A program made the translations under genes and the position numbers. From positions 30,398-94,397 of the forward strand of contig BTVV01000009.1 of NCBI GenBank assembly GCA_045863855.1: DNA of 64,000 bases, read 5' to 3'. The notes under the pieces were generated by a model. It was given only the letters and a program-made list of their open reading frames with translations, was not told the origin of the DNA and did no database searches. Position 1 is the first letter of the stretch. Each line of letters opens with the position of its first letter. Of the stretch, positions 20,622 to 31,362 are shown piece after piece. Source of the DNA: Planctomycetota bacterium (GTDB lineage: Bacteria > Planctomycetota > SZUA-567 > H5-PLA8).

Positions 20622-22082
20622 CTATTTTTCAGGAACGACGACTTTCGCGCCGTCCCGATTCAGACCTTCGGCGCCGGAAACAACCACCGTTTCACCCGGC
20701 GCCACGCCCTCGGTAATCTCGATCCAGTCGCCCGCCCGCGTACCCGATTTCACGGGACGGCGGAAAGCGATGCCGTCTTTAACGACCCAGACCGTCTGCC
20801 CGTTATCTTGGAGCGCACCGAAAGGGATCGCGCATTTCAGCGGTGCTTCACCGGTGTCGGCCCCGGGCGGCGCATCGTCCGGAAGAAACTTCACTCGGAT
20901 GCCCATGTCGGGCAAGATGCGTTCGGCCACGAAAACGCTTTTCCCTTCCTTATTGGGCAGGAAGTCCACCCGCACCTGAACCGTCGCCTTGCTGCGGTCC
21001 GCGCGTGGCAGGATGCGCTGCAACTTGCCCGCGAAGGTCTTGCCCGGCATGGCATCGACGTTGATCGCCGCGCGCTGTCCGGGCATCACGCGGCCTAAGT
21101 ACGTCTCGGCCACGTCCACCTCGGCCTGCAAGGACGCCCAATCTGCGACGGTCACGATCGATCCGCGCGCCATCTGTCCGCCCACGCTGACGGGCGCGAT
21201 AATCTCGCCCAATTCCGCCGCCTTTTCGGTTACGACGCCATCGAATGGCGCACGAATGAAGTATTCCACCAACTGCGATTCAAGTACCGCGAGGCTGGCT
21301 TCGGCGGTTGCGACGTTGGTTTGCGCCACCGCGACCGACTGCTTGGCCACCTCCGCTTGCTTCTGGCGCACGCTGACGAGCTGCTCCGAAGCTTCCCGCC
21401 GCCGCGCGATGGTCTTCATCTTCGCTTCGGCCATGCGCACTTCGGTCAGCCGGTCGTCCACTTCCGAGAATCCCATGGCCTCGGCCTGAGCGAGCTTCGT
21501 GTCGCGCTCCAGCCGGCGCTGCGCGTCATCCCACATCACTTTCATTTCGGCGACTTCGGCATCGAAGGTGGCCAAAAGCACTTTTGCGGAAACAATCTCC
21601 GCTTCGGCTTGTTCGTGCGCCGAACGCAGGCGTTCCACTTCCGCCTTTCTCCCGGCGATCTCGGCTTTGAGCTGGGCGATCTGTGCATCCAACTCATGGT
21701 GCTCGATCTCGGCGATGATCTCACCTTGCTTGACCTCCTGCGCTTCCTTGACGTTCAGCTTCGAGAGCCGGCCTACGAATTTGGCCGCAAGGACCGCTTT
21801 TCGATCCGCCACAACATATCCTGCGGCGGTCAGTTCGGTATCTTGAGCGCCCCCTTGAGCCAATTGGTTCAAGGTCAGCACTTTAACCGCCGACGCCGTC
21901 TTCACTTCCACGCCGCGCATGCTGCGCTGCAGGGCCGGGGCCACGACCGCCAGAATCAGGAAGATGCCGCCCACAACGAACGGCCACAGCGGCAAGCCCT
22001 TGCGTTTGCCGCTGCGGTCGATCTTCAGTTCCGCCAACTCGTCCGTGGCGCGAACGGGATGCGTCCCGGTGTCTACCTTCAT
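20622..22082 (-). CDS. Efflux periplasmic adaptor (MacA/HlyD-like membrane fusion protein)
   Basis: N-terminal TM helix, lipoyl-like GRLSKLNVKEAQEVKQGEIIA, long alpha-hairpin, IRAPFDGVV and C-terminal GETVVVSG. It is the first gene of the ABC operon. Confidence 0.9.
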   Translation of the reverse strand: MKVDTGTHPVRATDELAELKIDRSGKRKGLPLWPFVVGGIFLILAVVAPALQRSMRGVEVKTASAVKVLTLNQLAQGGAQDTELTAAGYVVADRKAVLAAKFVGRLSKLNVKEAQEVKQGEIIAEIEHHELDAQIAQLKAEIAGRKAEVERLRSAHEQAEAEIVSAKVLLATFDAEVAEMKVMWDDAQRRLERDTKLAQAEAMGFSEVDDRLTEVRMAEAKMKTIARRREASEQLVSVRQKQAEVAKQSVAVAQTNVATAEASLAVLESQLVEYFIRAPFDGVVTEKAAELGEIIAPVSVGGQMARGSIVTVADWASLQAEVDVAETYLGRVMPGQRAAINVDAMPGKTFAGKLQRILPRADRSKATVQVRVDFLPNKEGKSVFVAERILPDMGIRVKFLPDDAPPGADTGEAPLKCAIPFGALQDNGQTVWVVKDGIAFRRPVKSGTRAGDWIEITEGVAPGETVVVSGAEGLNRDGAKVVVPEK

Positions 22083-22220
22083 GCCATGCTCCGTATCGAG
22101 GGTGCCCGCAAACCGCCAATTACAATCGCCGAGGTCGAGTAATTCAAAGGATGATTCCAGATGGGCTCGCCGCGATGTACGCGAGTTGGCGCAAGCGGCA
22201 AGTGATGTTATGTTATAGTA

Positions 22221-23333
22221 ATGCGGTGCAAACTTCTATTACTGGTCTCTGTGTGGACGGTCTGCGCCGCAAGTTGGGGCGCAGAAACGCAAGCGGCCTC
22301 GTCCGAGTTGCCGCTCGGCGTATGGACGAAATTCCACGAACAGCGCGCCGGCGAAGGCGTAACGTTTAGACGCCAACCGCACGGCGGGAGTTGCTTCGAC
22401 ACTCGGCGCGGGCTCCTCGTGCTTTTCGGCAGTGACACGCACGGGAAAGACTGGACCAACAGTCCGCTCTGTTTCGATCCGCTCACTCGAACGTGGACCC
22501 GAGAATATCCCGACGATGCGTTTGAGACCTACCGCGTGACCGAAGCGGGCGCGCCGGTCTGCGGCCCCGATGGTGCGCACCCATGGGCGAGCCACACCTT
22601 CGGCGCGGTCGTTTACGATTCGCATCGCGGCGAGATGACGGTCGCGTGTTTCGACACACACCTGGAGCCCGGCCGGTTCACCTCGGTATTCAAGGATCTC
22701 TGGCCGCAAATCAAGCTTCAGCCCACATGGTTCTTCAGCAGCGAAACGAAAGCCTGGTCCATGCTGCCCAAGGGGGTCAGTTTTTTTCCTCATTGCGCCT
22801 GTTGGGATAGCGACCGCAACGCGGTGCTGGGGTATCGAGCGGACGGCTTCTACGAACTTTCCGGCGAGCCGCGTGCTTGGAAAAAAGTCGCACCCGCCGT
22901 GCCGCCGCTTACGGGTTGGCACACCAACGCGGCGTACGACGCCAAGCAGAAGGCTATGCTGGTCTTCGGGCACCACCAGAATTCGAACGAGATCGTGGCA
23001 TTTTTCCCGGCGAAGGCCGAAGCGCGCTTGATGCCCACCCCGGGCGCGCGACCGCCCAAGGACCAGCATAATCCCATGGAGTTTCACCCCGGAATCGGGA
23101 AAACCGTGGTGCTGATCGACAAGACGATTAAGAAAGACGGCGCCGAAAAGGATACGACCGAGACGTGGCTTTACGATCTTGGCGCCGACGCGTGGACGCA
23201 AGTCGAATCGGCGACGCTCCCCTTTGCTTGCGGGATGAACTACAACCTCGAATACGCGCCCAACCTCGGCGCGCTCTTGCTCGTCACGAGCAATCCGGCG
23301 ACGACGGTCTGGGCGCTGAAGCTCGCCGAGTGA
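22221..23333 (+). CDS. Secreted Kelch-like beta-propeller protein, function unknown
   Basis: Signal peptide and Kelch-like blades (LVLFG...FDPLTRTW; TWLYDLGADAW). Carries the motif SHTFGAVVYD. Confidence 0.7.
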   Translation: MRCKLLLLVSVWTVCAASWGAETQAASSELPLGVWTKFHEQRAGEGVTFRRQPHGGSCFDTRRGLLVLFGSDTHGKDWTNSPLCFDPLTRTWTREYPDDAFETYRVTEAGAPVCGPDGAHPWASHTFGAVVYDSHRGEMTVACFDTHLEPGRFTSVFKDLWPQIKLQPTWFFSSETKAWSMLPKGVSFFPHCACWDSDRNAVLGYRADGFYELSGEPRAWKKVAPAVPPLTGWHTNAAYDAKQKAMLVFGHHQNSNEIVAFFPAKAEARLMPTPGARPPKDQHNPMEFHPGIGKTVVLIDKTIKKDGAEKDTTETWLYDLGADAWTQVESATLPFACGMNYNLEYAPNLGALLLVTSNPATTVWALKLAE

Positions 23334-23336
23334 AGG

Positions 23337-26300
23337 TTATGGCGCGGAGATGCTGGCCGCCGCCTCCGCGCGATAACCCAGATCCACCCTAACGATGCGT
23401 CCATTCAGCTTATCCGCGACGAAGGCCGAACGTTCGGTCACGCGTACGCGAATCGGCCATGCGAAGCCGATTTCAGGTTCTCCGGCGGGACTGCCCGGAC
23501 CTTCCGCATCGCGATTTCCGTAGCGTCCAAAACGCGTCAGCACTTGGCCTTCGGTATCCAGCACCTCCACTCGAAACTGCATCGCGTCCGGTACGAAGAT
23601 TCGGCCGAAACCGTCGGTCCCGAAGCTGGCATGCTCGCAGGTGCAGCGCAGATGATCTCGCGTTCGCGCGACCAGCGGCGAAATACCCAAGTGGGCCCAC
23701 TCGAGCCCCTCGACTTTGCAGAGCGGATGCCCGCCGTAGTTGACGCCGATGGCCCAATCTCCGGCCGGGTCCAGAGTCACGCGGCCTCCCGTGGGCTTGA
23801 ACTTGACGACGGAACCGTAGCAGTGCGCATACCCCAGCCACGGGCCGGGCGCCACGCCGCTGTCGCGCGGGAGCCGCCCCTCGAAAAACTTGGGCATCAA
23901 TTCGTCGGGATGCTTCAGCGAGCAGGCGATATACAGCGACCCATCGCGGTCGCACGCCAGCGTCGCCGCCGGCCCCGAACTCAGCGCCGGCATCGGCAGC
24001 GCCAAGTGGCTCTCGGAGGCCAACGTGCCGTCCGCGAGGTGCTTTCGAACCACCGAACCGGACTCCTCCGCCTGGCTCGCCAGCGTGAAGACCGAACCCT
24101 CCGCATCCACGGTGAAGTAATAGCAGCGCGGCGTCTTCAGCGCGCCTTTCGCATCGCTATTCGGAAAGGGGTCGGGCTCGCCCAAAGCCGAAAAGCGTTC
24201 TAGCTTGTCTTTAGGTTTGAACGCATATAGCTTGCCATCGCGTCCCCGGAAAAAGTGTTGCGGCTTATCGCCTTTCACCAAACTCCCGTCGCGTACGTCG
24301 TACACATAGCCGCCGCAGTGCAGAAAGCGTTCCTCGTGGCCAACCTCGAAGGTTTGTAGCGCCTGCGACTGTTCGTCGTCGCCCACCCGCCGGCCATGGG
24401 CCGAGATCGTATCCCCGCGGTCTTCGAAGGCGGCGCCTTGATCGATGAGTTGATGAACGCGACCCGGCGCCACGCTCACCCAAAGCAACGGAGCCTCCGA
24501 GTAAGCATCCAGCGCCATAAGCGCGGGCGTTCGCCGCGCCAAAGAAAGAGCCTGCTCCGCCAATTGCCTCCCTTCGGAAAAACCGTCGAACTTCACCAAC
24601 CGCTGTCCTTGCCCCGTGAGCGCCAGCACGTACACCGCTCCGGTTTTGGGATGCACCGCCACTTGCGAAGGCCGCTCGATCCGAATCGCTCCGGCGTAAG
24701 CGCCGCTGGCCTCGAAGACCGCGATGCGCCCGTTGCCTTGGTCGGCCACATACACGCGCCCTTGTGCATCCACGGCCAATCCAGTTGGATCTTGAAAGCG
24801 AGTCTCGCCGTCGCCCGGCGTTTCGAAGGTGCCCAGCCACGGCTCCGCGAAGCCGTCCTTCAGTTCCGCCGGTGCGGCGTTCAGGTCAAAGCGATAAACG
24901 GCATGATGCGGAGTACCGCCCCAGATGGTTCGCCCTTCGAGGCCGGTAACATACGCAAAGCGACCGTCGGGACTCAGCGCCATAGCCGCCTGCCCGCGAA
25001 TCAATTCATCGGCCAAAACCGGACCCAAATAATCGGATGAGACGCCGCCGTCGGAGCCCAGGAAGAGCAATCGCTTGGGTGCGCGCATCCGGATTTCGTC
25101 AACGCCGTTGATGACCATCAGTCTGCCGTCACCCGAGATAGCCGGTTGCTGCGGCGGAAGCGAACCGATCTGAGGCACGAAGGGATGCAGGAGAGGTTGG
25201 TAGGTCAGCGGCATCCAACCGCCTTCGGCGGTTGCCAGCACGCGCGCGCCGGCGACCTCTTCGCGCGGAAGCCGGACGGGGAAGGGGAGTGTCTGGCGTA
25301 CGTAGCGCCCTTCGCGGTCGAACGCAACGATCGCATGTTGCCTGTAATGCGCACCGCCGATGGATTCCGAAATGGCGTACAGAATGCCCTTGGCATCCAC
25401 CACCAGGCCGTGAACTTTTCCCAGCCGCTGCCGGTCGCCCACCACAATCCCGCCGAACGAAGCCTTCAGGCCCAGTCCCACATGCACGCGATAGGCGCCC
25501 GCGGGCAGACGCCGCCCGTAATCGTCCTTGAAGTCCCAATCCAATTCTTGCTTCAGCGAGTCCGGTTGAAAGGGCTTGGGCGCCTTCGGCCCCAAGTGGC
25601 CCGCGGCCAGATGCCGGACCACGCGGTCTTGCGCGTCCAGAATCGAGACGGCCGCATCCACGGGAGCTTGCACCGTGAAGTGAATCGTCGCCAGTTCGCC
25701 CGCGATTCGAACCTCCGGCGCCTGCGTGAATTTCGCTTCCGCTGCTTGGGCGGCTTGGGGAAGCGCTCGTGCATCCGCGGGCGGCGCGCGTCGTTTAAGG
25801 CCAAGCGCCGCAAGATTCAGCCCTCGGCGCTCCCAAGCTGTGGCCGTCGCATCGTGCAAGGTCCGGCAGTTCTGGAATCCCAGCACGCCGAAGCGATCCG
25901 GCATGTGGGACGAATCGGCCACGTTCCCGCGCCAGGCGAACTCGGTGTTCGCCCAAACGATGTCCTCCGAGTGATCGTCGCTGGCGCGCCCGATCGTGCG
26001 GTAACGCAAAAAGTTGACGCCCCATACCGCCGGCAGATCGTCGGCCTCGATGCCCAGATCGCGGTAGGCGATGCGCATTTCAAGCACCCAGTGCCGCTCG
26101 TTCACTCGCGCGCTCGTGCGCAGCGAGGACGGCTTCCAGGCTTGCCCGTCGCCGCGCGCCAAGGCCGTCTCGCCTTTGGAGTTGGCTTCCAGTATGAAAT
26201 AGCCGCCCGAGGCGAGATCCCCCGTGCGCCCAACGTCGAGCAGCACTTCGCACATGTCCTGCGCCCACATTGCGCCTTTTGTAATCATCTGCGCCGGTTT

Positions 26301-27392
26301 TTCTTCTTCGCACAAAAACAGTACGTACAAATGTTCCGCGTCGCTGACCGTCCGAACGAAGGTTCGGTTGCGCAGCGGCGTGCCCGCCAGTTCGCCGTCC
26401 AGGAATCCCAACGTGATCGGTTCCGCGTGGCGCCACGCTTCATCGTCGGGTTGCCCGTCCACCTCGGGCGCTTGCGGAACGACCGGCACCAGGCGTGCGG
26501 GACTGCCTCCGCAAAGTTCCTCAAGCTGGGGGCGGGAGAAGGCGAAACCTTCCGGAGACTTCGCGGCGGCCAGCGGATGGGCCGGAAGTGCTCGGGCCAA
26601 ACGCTGAATTCGTTCGCGCTCGGCGGCGAAAGCCGGGCCGTGCGGATGAAGCAATACGCCCAGCAGCGGCCGAAAAGGATGCCGGATCCGTTCCGTATCC
26701 ACGGGCCAGCCCAGTAGCTGGGTGCCCCAAGCGGGTTCCGGAGCCGCCGCAAGCGGCGCGGCGCGGTTCTTTCGAAACGCGTGCAGCCCCAGTCGGCACG
26801 TCGCAGCCGGCTGAAGGTGATCCGGGAGCGCGGTCCAGGGAACCTGAATTTCCACTGTCCACCAGCCGTACTGCTGCCCGCTGGCGGAAGCGATCCCGGG
26901 CGCAGCCCAGACCTCTCTCGAAGCACCCTCCGCTACTATCCTGCGGCAGGTGACGCCGTTCGAATTGACCGCGATTAGAAATCCGCTCTGGCCTTCTTCA
27001 GTCACAGCACCCAGCCACAGGCCCACGGCGCAATCGTCCAGTACGCCCAGCGCATCCGTTTCGCGTGCGTCCGATTTGAGTCCGCCTTTGGGAATGCGGC
27101 CATGAAAGCGCGCGTAGAGGTGCCGCGCATCCGTGGCGAATCGTACTTCGCCGCCGAATTTGGCCGGACCGGCCACATCGGGATGCGTATAACGCAGGTC
27201 CAACGCTGGCGCCGAACGCCAAGCAGCGTCCCAGGGTTTGCCGTCGATGCGGGGAGGTTCGGTGCATGCCGGCGCCAGCGTATGATCGGCGCCCAGCGCC
27301 GCCTGGAGTTCCGCAAGCGTCAGGGAATCGTCCGCCGCGAGACAAGCGAAGGCGGTCATCCAGACCGCGCACAGCACCGCGGCGGTACGCAT
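23337..27392 (-). CDS. Large secreted modular protein: two CBM9/DOMON-like domains, FlgD-Ig-like domain and NHL beta-propeller
   Basis: Signal peptide. Two PxxDG...W...LY...W..E..I segments. VSILDAQDRVVRHLAAG...WDFKDDYG (FlgD-like). NHL repeats FQDPTGLAVDAQGRVYVADQGNGRI and DGFGRIFVPD...FGRYGN. Confidence 0.7.
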   Translation of the reverse strand: MRTAAVLCAVWMTAFACLAADDSLTLAELQAALGADHTLAPACTEPPRIDGKPWDAAWRSAPALDLRYTHPDVAGPAKFGGEVRFATDARHLYARFHGRIPKGGLKSDARETDALGVLDDCAVGLWLGAVTEEGQSGFLIAVNSNGVTCRRIVAEGASREVWAAPGIASASGQQYGWWTVEIQVPWTALPDHLQPAATCRLGLHAFRKNRAAPLAAAPEPAWGTQLLGWPVDTERIRHPFRPLLGVLLHPHGPAFAAERERIQRLARALPAHPLAAAKSPEGFAFSRPQLEELCGGSPARLVPVVPQAPEVDGQPDDEAWRHAEPITLGFLDGELAGTPLRNRTFVRTVSDAEHLYVLFLCEEEKPAQMITKGAMWAQDMCEVLLDVGRTGDLASGGYFILEANSKGETALARGDGQAWKPSSLRTSARVNERHWVLEMRIAYRDLGIEADDLPAVWGVNFLRYRTIGRASDDHSEDIVWANTEFAWRGNVADSSHMPDRFGVLGFQNCRTLHDATATAWERRGLNLAALGLKRRAPPADARALPQAAQAAEAKFTQAPEVRIAGELATIHFTVQAPVDAAVSILDAQDRVVRHLAAGHLGPKAPKPFQPDSLKQELDWDFKDDYGRRLPAGAYRVHVGLGLKASFGGIVVGDRQRLGKVHGLVVDAKGILYAISESIGGAHYRQHAIVAFDREGRYVRQTLPFPVRLPREEVAGARVLATAEGGWMPLTYQPLLHPFVPQIGSLPPQQPAISGDGRLMVINGVDEIRMRAPKRLLFLGSDGGVSSDYLGPVLADELIRGQAAMALSPDGRFAYVTGLEGRTIWGGTPHHAVYRFDLNAAPAELKDGFAEPWLGTFETPGDGETRFQDPTGLAVDAQGRVYVADQGNGRIAVFEASGAYAGAIRIERPSQVAVHPKTGAVYVLALTGQGQRLVKFDGFSEGRQLAEQALSLARRTPALMALDAYSEAPLLWVSVAPGRVHQLIDQGAAFEDRGDTISAHGRRVGDDEQSQALQTFEVGHEERFLHCGGYVYDVRDGSLVKGDKPQHFFRGRDGKLYAFKPKDKLERFSALGEPDPFPNSDAKGALKTPRCYYFTVDAEGSVFTLASQAEESGSVVRKHLADGTLASESHLALPMPALSSGPAATLACDRDGSLYIACSLKHPDELMPKFFEGRLPRDSGVAPGPWLGYAHCYGSVVKFKPTGGRVTLDPAGDWAIGVNYGGHPLCKVEGLEWAHLGISPLVARTRDHLRCTCEHASFGTDGFGRIFVPDAMQFRVEVLDTEGQVLTRFGRYGNRDAEGPGSPAGEPEIGFAWPIRVRVTERSAFVADKLNGRIVRVDLGYRAEAAASISAP

Positions 27393-27421
27393 GGGGGCTC
27401 TCCTGGCGCTGAGTCGTTGGA

Positions 27422-29191
27422 TTACTTCACCGCGCGCGGGCCGTAATGCGGAAGCTCCGCCCCGAACTCGAATGCGCCCAAGTCCGGCGCCGCGCCTTTA
27501 TACCCATCGTTGAAGTTGGGCAGTACGACGCCCTTGTCGATCGCGCCCGACTTCTCGGCCAGCCGCATATCGCAAGCTTCGGGCGCCGCTTCGACTTTCG
27601 GGTCCGCCGGCGGCTTGGTGCCGTTCGCGAAGCAGGTGGAAGCGTCGATCGAATGAGCGCCTTTGTCCTTGTAGATCTCGCCGCCCGCCCGGGCATCCTC
27701 GATCGTCTTGTAAGTCTTGCGGGCATTCCACGTGGCGAACGTCTGGAACCCGCCGTACCCGTCGTTGTCGAAATCGCAGAAGCGCATGTTCGGCGTGCCG
27801 ACGTTCAGGCCCGTCCCGCCCGTGCCGAGGAACAGGTTGTTTCGCAGCAGCAGGTTGGTCACGGTCTCGTGGGCCGGCACGATATTGAAGCCGCCGCCGT
27901 TGCGCAGGCTCGTGTTGTGGAAGATTACCACCCCGCTGGTGTGGTTGTGCAGCTTGAAAGGCGAGTACGTACAGTTGTAGATCACGTTGCGGAAAAAGTA
28001 GACCGGACCGCCGCGAATCGGCTGCGCCGTGAAGCCGTGCGCGACGTTGCGTACGCGGTTGCCCCACACGCGCACGTTGAAGTCCGCGTAGTCCGTCTCG
28101 ATCCCGTCGTCGGTGCAGATGTTGCAGTCGTTATGGTAGAAGTCCGTCGACGAAAGCCCGCCGTGCCCGCAGCCGTGAACCGCGTCGCCGGTATTCTGGA
28201 TCAAATTGTGGCAGACCACATGCCCCGCGCCGGTCATGTAGGTCAGGCAAAACGACTCGATGCCTTTCGTTCGCGGCCAAGTGGTCGGCCCCTGGTAATC
28301 GTTATCGGCGATAAAATGCCGCTGGCTCTTGGTCTCGTCGCCGTTGTGAGCCGTGAAGCCTTTGGTGACCTCCCGGAAGACGCAGCGCCGGATCACCCAG
28401 TGGCTGCCTTCGTGCGCGACGATCCCGTACTCGCGCCCGCGCAGCGTCAAGCCTTCCAGCCAAATGTGCTTGAGCGCGTTGGCGCTGATCAGCCGGCCGC
28501 CTTTTTTGTGGTCCCCGCCGCCGTCAAGAATCACCTCGCCATCGCCCGCTGCGCGAAAGACCAGCGGCTTCCCCGGCGCGCCGGACTTCGGGATTACGAA
28601 CGTGTCGCCTTTGCACTGTTCCTTTACGTAGGTGCCCGCGTGCAGCAGGAAGAGTGTCCCCGGCTGAGCCGCGGCCACCGCCGCATCGAGCCCCTTAAAG
28701 GGATCTTCTTTCGTACCCGTTCCGCCGCCGGTGCCGGGCACCACGTGGACGGTAGTCAGGTCCGCCGGGGCCACCGGTTCCTGCCAAGTCGTCATCTTCA
28801 GGACCTTCTCGGCGGCGCCGCCGTCGGGGTCTTTCAGATTGAGCTTTACTTCGTACTCCGTTGCCGGTTCCAGCCCCAGGACGCTTCCGGCGAACATCCA
28901 ACCGCCTTCCACCGTGTGCTTCTTCGAAGTATTCTCTGCGTGCGGATTCGGGCGGCTGCGGAAGAGCGGAAAGCCTTGCCGCCAATCAGGTTCACTGACC
29001 TTGCGGTAGTGCACCGCAATCTCGGCATTGGCGTTGGCGTCGCCTTTGATCTTCCAGCGCACCCCTAAACAATGAATCGTGGGGATCTCCTCAACCGGCT
29101 CCCCCAGCGGCTCCGAGGCATCCTCACCGGCGCCAATCAACCCGGTAACCAGTAGAGGCAGGAGGCAGATCCAGCGAGTTCCGATGCGCAT
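27422..29191 (-). CDS. Secreted right-handed parallel beta-helix protein (pectin-lyase fold) with N-terminal FN3-like domain
   Basis: Signal peptide from the ATG at 29191. GLEPATEYEV (FN3-like), GTKEDPF...PGTLFLLHAGTY, DDGIETD, repeated N-x-[IV] beta-helix rungs and C-terminal APDLGAFE. Confidence 0.75.
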   Translation of the reverse strand: MRIGTRWICLLPLLVTGLIGAGEDASEPLGEPVEEIPTIHCLGVRWKIKGDANANAEIAVHYRKVSEPDWRQGFPLFRSRPNPHAENTSKKHTVEGGWMFAGSVLGLEPATEYEVKLNLKDPDGGAAEKVLKMTTWQEPVAPADLTTVHVVPGTGGGTGTKEDPFKGLDAAVAAAQPGTLFLLHAGTYVKEQCKGDTFVIPKSGAPGKPLVFRAAGDGEVILDGGGDHKKGGRLISANALKHIWLEGLTLRGREYGIVAHEGSHWVIRRCVFREVTKGFTAHNGDETKSQRHFIADNDYQGPTTWPRTKGIESFCLTYMTGAGHVVCHNLIQNTGDAVHGCGHGGLSSTDFYHNDCNICTDDGIETDYADFNVRVWGNRVRNVAHGFTAQPIRGGPVYFFRNVIYNCTYSPFKLHNHTSGVVIFHNTSLRNGGGFNIVPAHETVTNLLLRNNLFLGTGGTGLNVGTPNMRFCDFDNDGYGGFQTFATWNARKTYKTIEDARAGGEIYKDKGAHSIDASTCFANGTKPPADPKVEAAPEACDMRLAEKSGAIDKGVVLPNFNDGYKGAAPDLGAFEFGAELPHYGPRAVK

Positions 29192-29458
29192 GCGGGTTCC
29201 TAGCTTCTCAGGAGGTATAGACAGCACCTATGGACAGTACACCGTTACTATATATAGTTCGCTCGGATTCGGGCAATTTTTTGGACACGGGCTGGAGATC
29301 CGGCCGATTGCGGCATCTACTGTCCCAGCCACGACTTGCCTTGAAGCTCCGTTGGAGTATCCGCGTCTCTCGTCAGGCGTTATAATGGAAGGGCTACTCC
29401 TTAAACGGGACGCAACGGCGTTCCAGAGCGAACTAAACCACAGGACCGGGAGCGGTCG

Positions 29459-30451
<993 letters not shown>

Positions 30452-30474
30452 CGCATCGAAAGCACCCTGACGCC

Positions 30475-31362
30475 ATGGCCGAAGCCGAGGTCGCCGAACT
30501 CCTGAAGGAAGTCCGCCGCGTTCAGATCGTGGCCAGCCGCCTCGTTAACGATCTGCTCGCCGGCGAATACCTTTCCGCCTTCAAAGGCCGCGGCATGGTC
30601 TTCGAGGAAGTCCGCGCCTACGTGCCCGGCGACGAGATCCGCAGCATCGATTGGAACGTCACCGCGCGCACCGGCGAACCGTACGTCAAACGGTTCTGCG
30701 AGGAACGCGAGCTGACCGTCCTCTTCGCCGTCGACGTCTCCGCCTCGGGTCTATTCGGCAGCCAGCGCCGCAGCAAACTTCAGACCGCCGTCCAGGTCGC
30801 CGCGGTGCTGATGTTCAGCGCGCTGCGCAACAACGATAAGGTAGGACTCGTCACCTTCGCCGACGGCGTGCGCGAGTACGTGCCGCCGCGCAAAGGGCGC
30901 GGCGCGGTGCTGCGGTTGATCCGCGACCTCCTGGCCGCCGAGCCCGTCCGCGAGCCCACCGATCTGGCTTCGGCCTTGGAGTTCGTGGGCCACGTCCAGC
31001 GCCGCCGCGCCGTGGTCTTCGTGATCAGCGATTTCCAGGCGCCCGATTGCAGCCGCGCGCTGCGCATCGCACGCCAGCGCCACGACGTCATCGCCATCAC
31101 GCTGGCCGATCCGCGCGAACACGCGCTGCCCGAAGTCGGCTTCGTCACGCTCGAAGACGCCGAGACCGGCGAGATTCGGGAGGTCGACGCGCGCCACCCG
31201 CGCGTCCGGGCGCTCTTTGCGCACCGCGCCGAACAGCGCGAAGCACGCCTCGCCGAAACGCTGCGCCGCTGCGGCGTCGACCGCATGGACATTCGCACCG
31301 ACCGGCCCTACGCCAGCAGTTTGCAGCGATTTTTTCGCATGCGGGAGCGGCGCTACCGATGA
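30475..31362 (+). CDS. DUF58 domain protein (MoxR-associated, vWA-like)
   Basis: FKGRGMVFEEVRAYVPGDEIRSIDWNVTAR, EEREL, DVSAS and VISDF. Confidence 0.93.
   Translation: MAEAEVAELLKEVRRVQIVASRLVNDLLAGEYLSAFKGRGMVFEEVRAYVPGDEIRSIDWNVTARTGEPYVKRFCEERELTVLFAVDVSASGLFGSQRRSKLQTAVQVAAVLMFSALRNNDKVGLVTFADGVREYVPPRKGRGAVLRLIRDLLAAEPVREPTDLASALEFVGHVQRRRAVVFVISDFQAPDCSRALRIARQRHDVIAITLADPREHALPEVGFVTLEDAETGEIREVDARHPRVRALFAHRAEQREARLAETLRRCGVDRMDIRTDRPYASSLQRFFRMRERRYR

Noticed and set aside
29381..29386. Sigma70 promoter for moxR (perfect TATAAT)
   Set aside because: No credible -35 at 16-18 bp spacing, so it is too weak to call as a feature.
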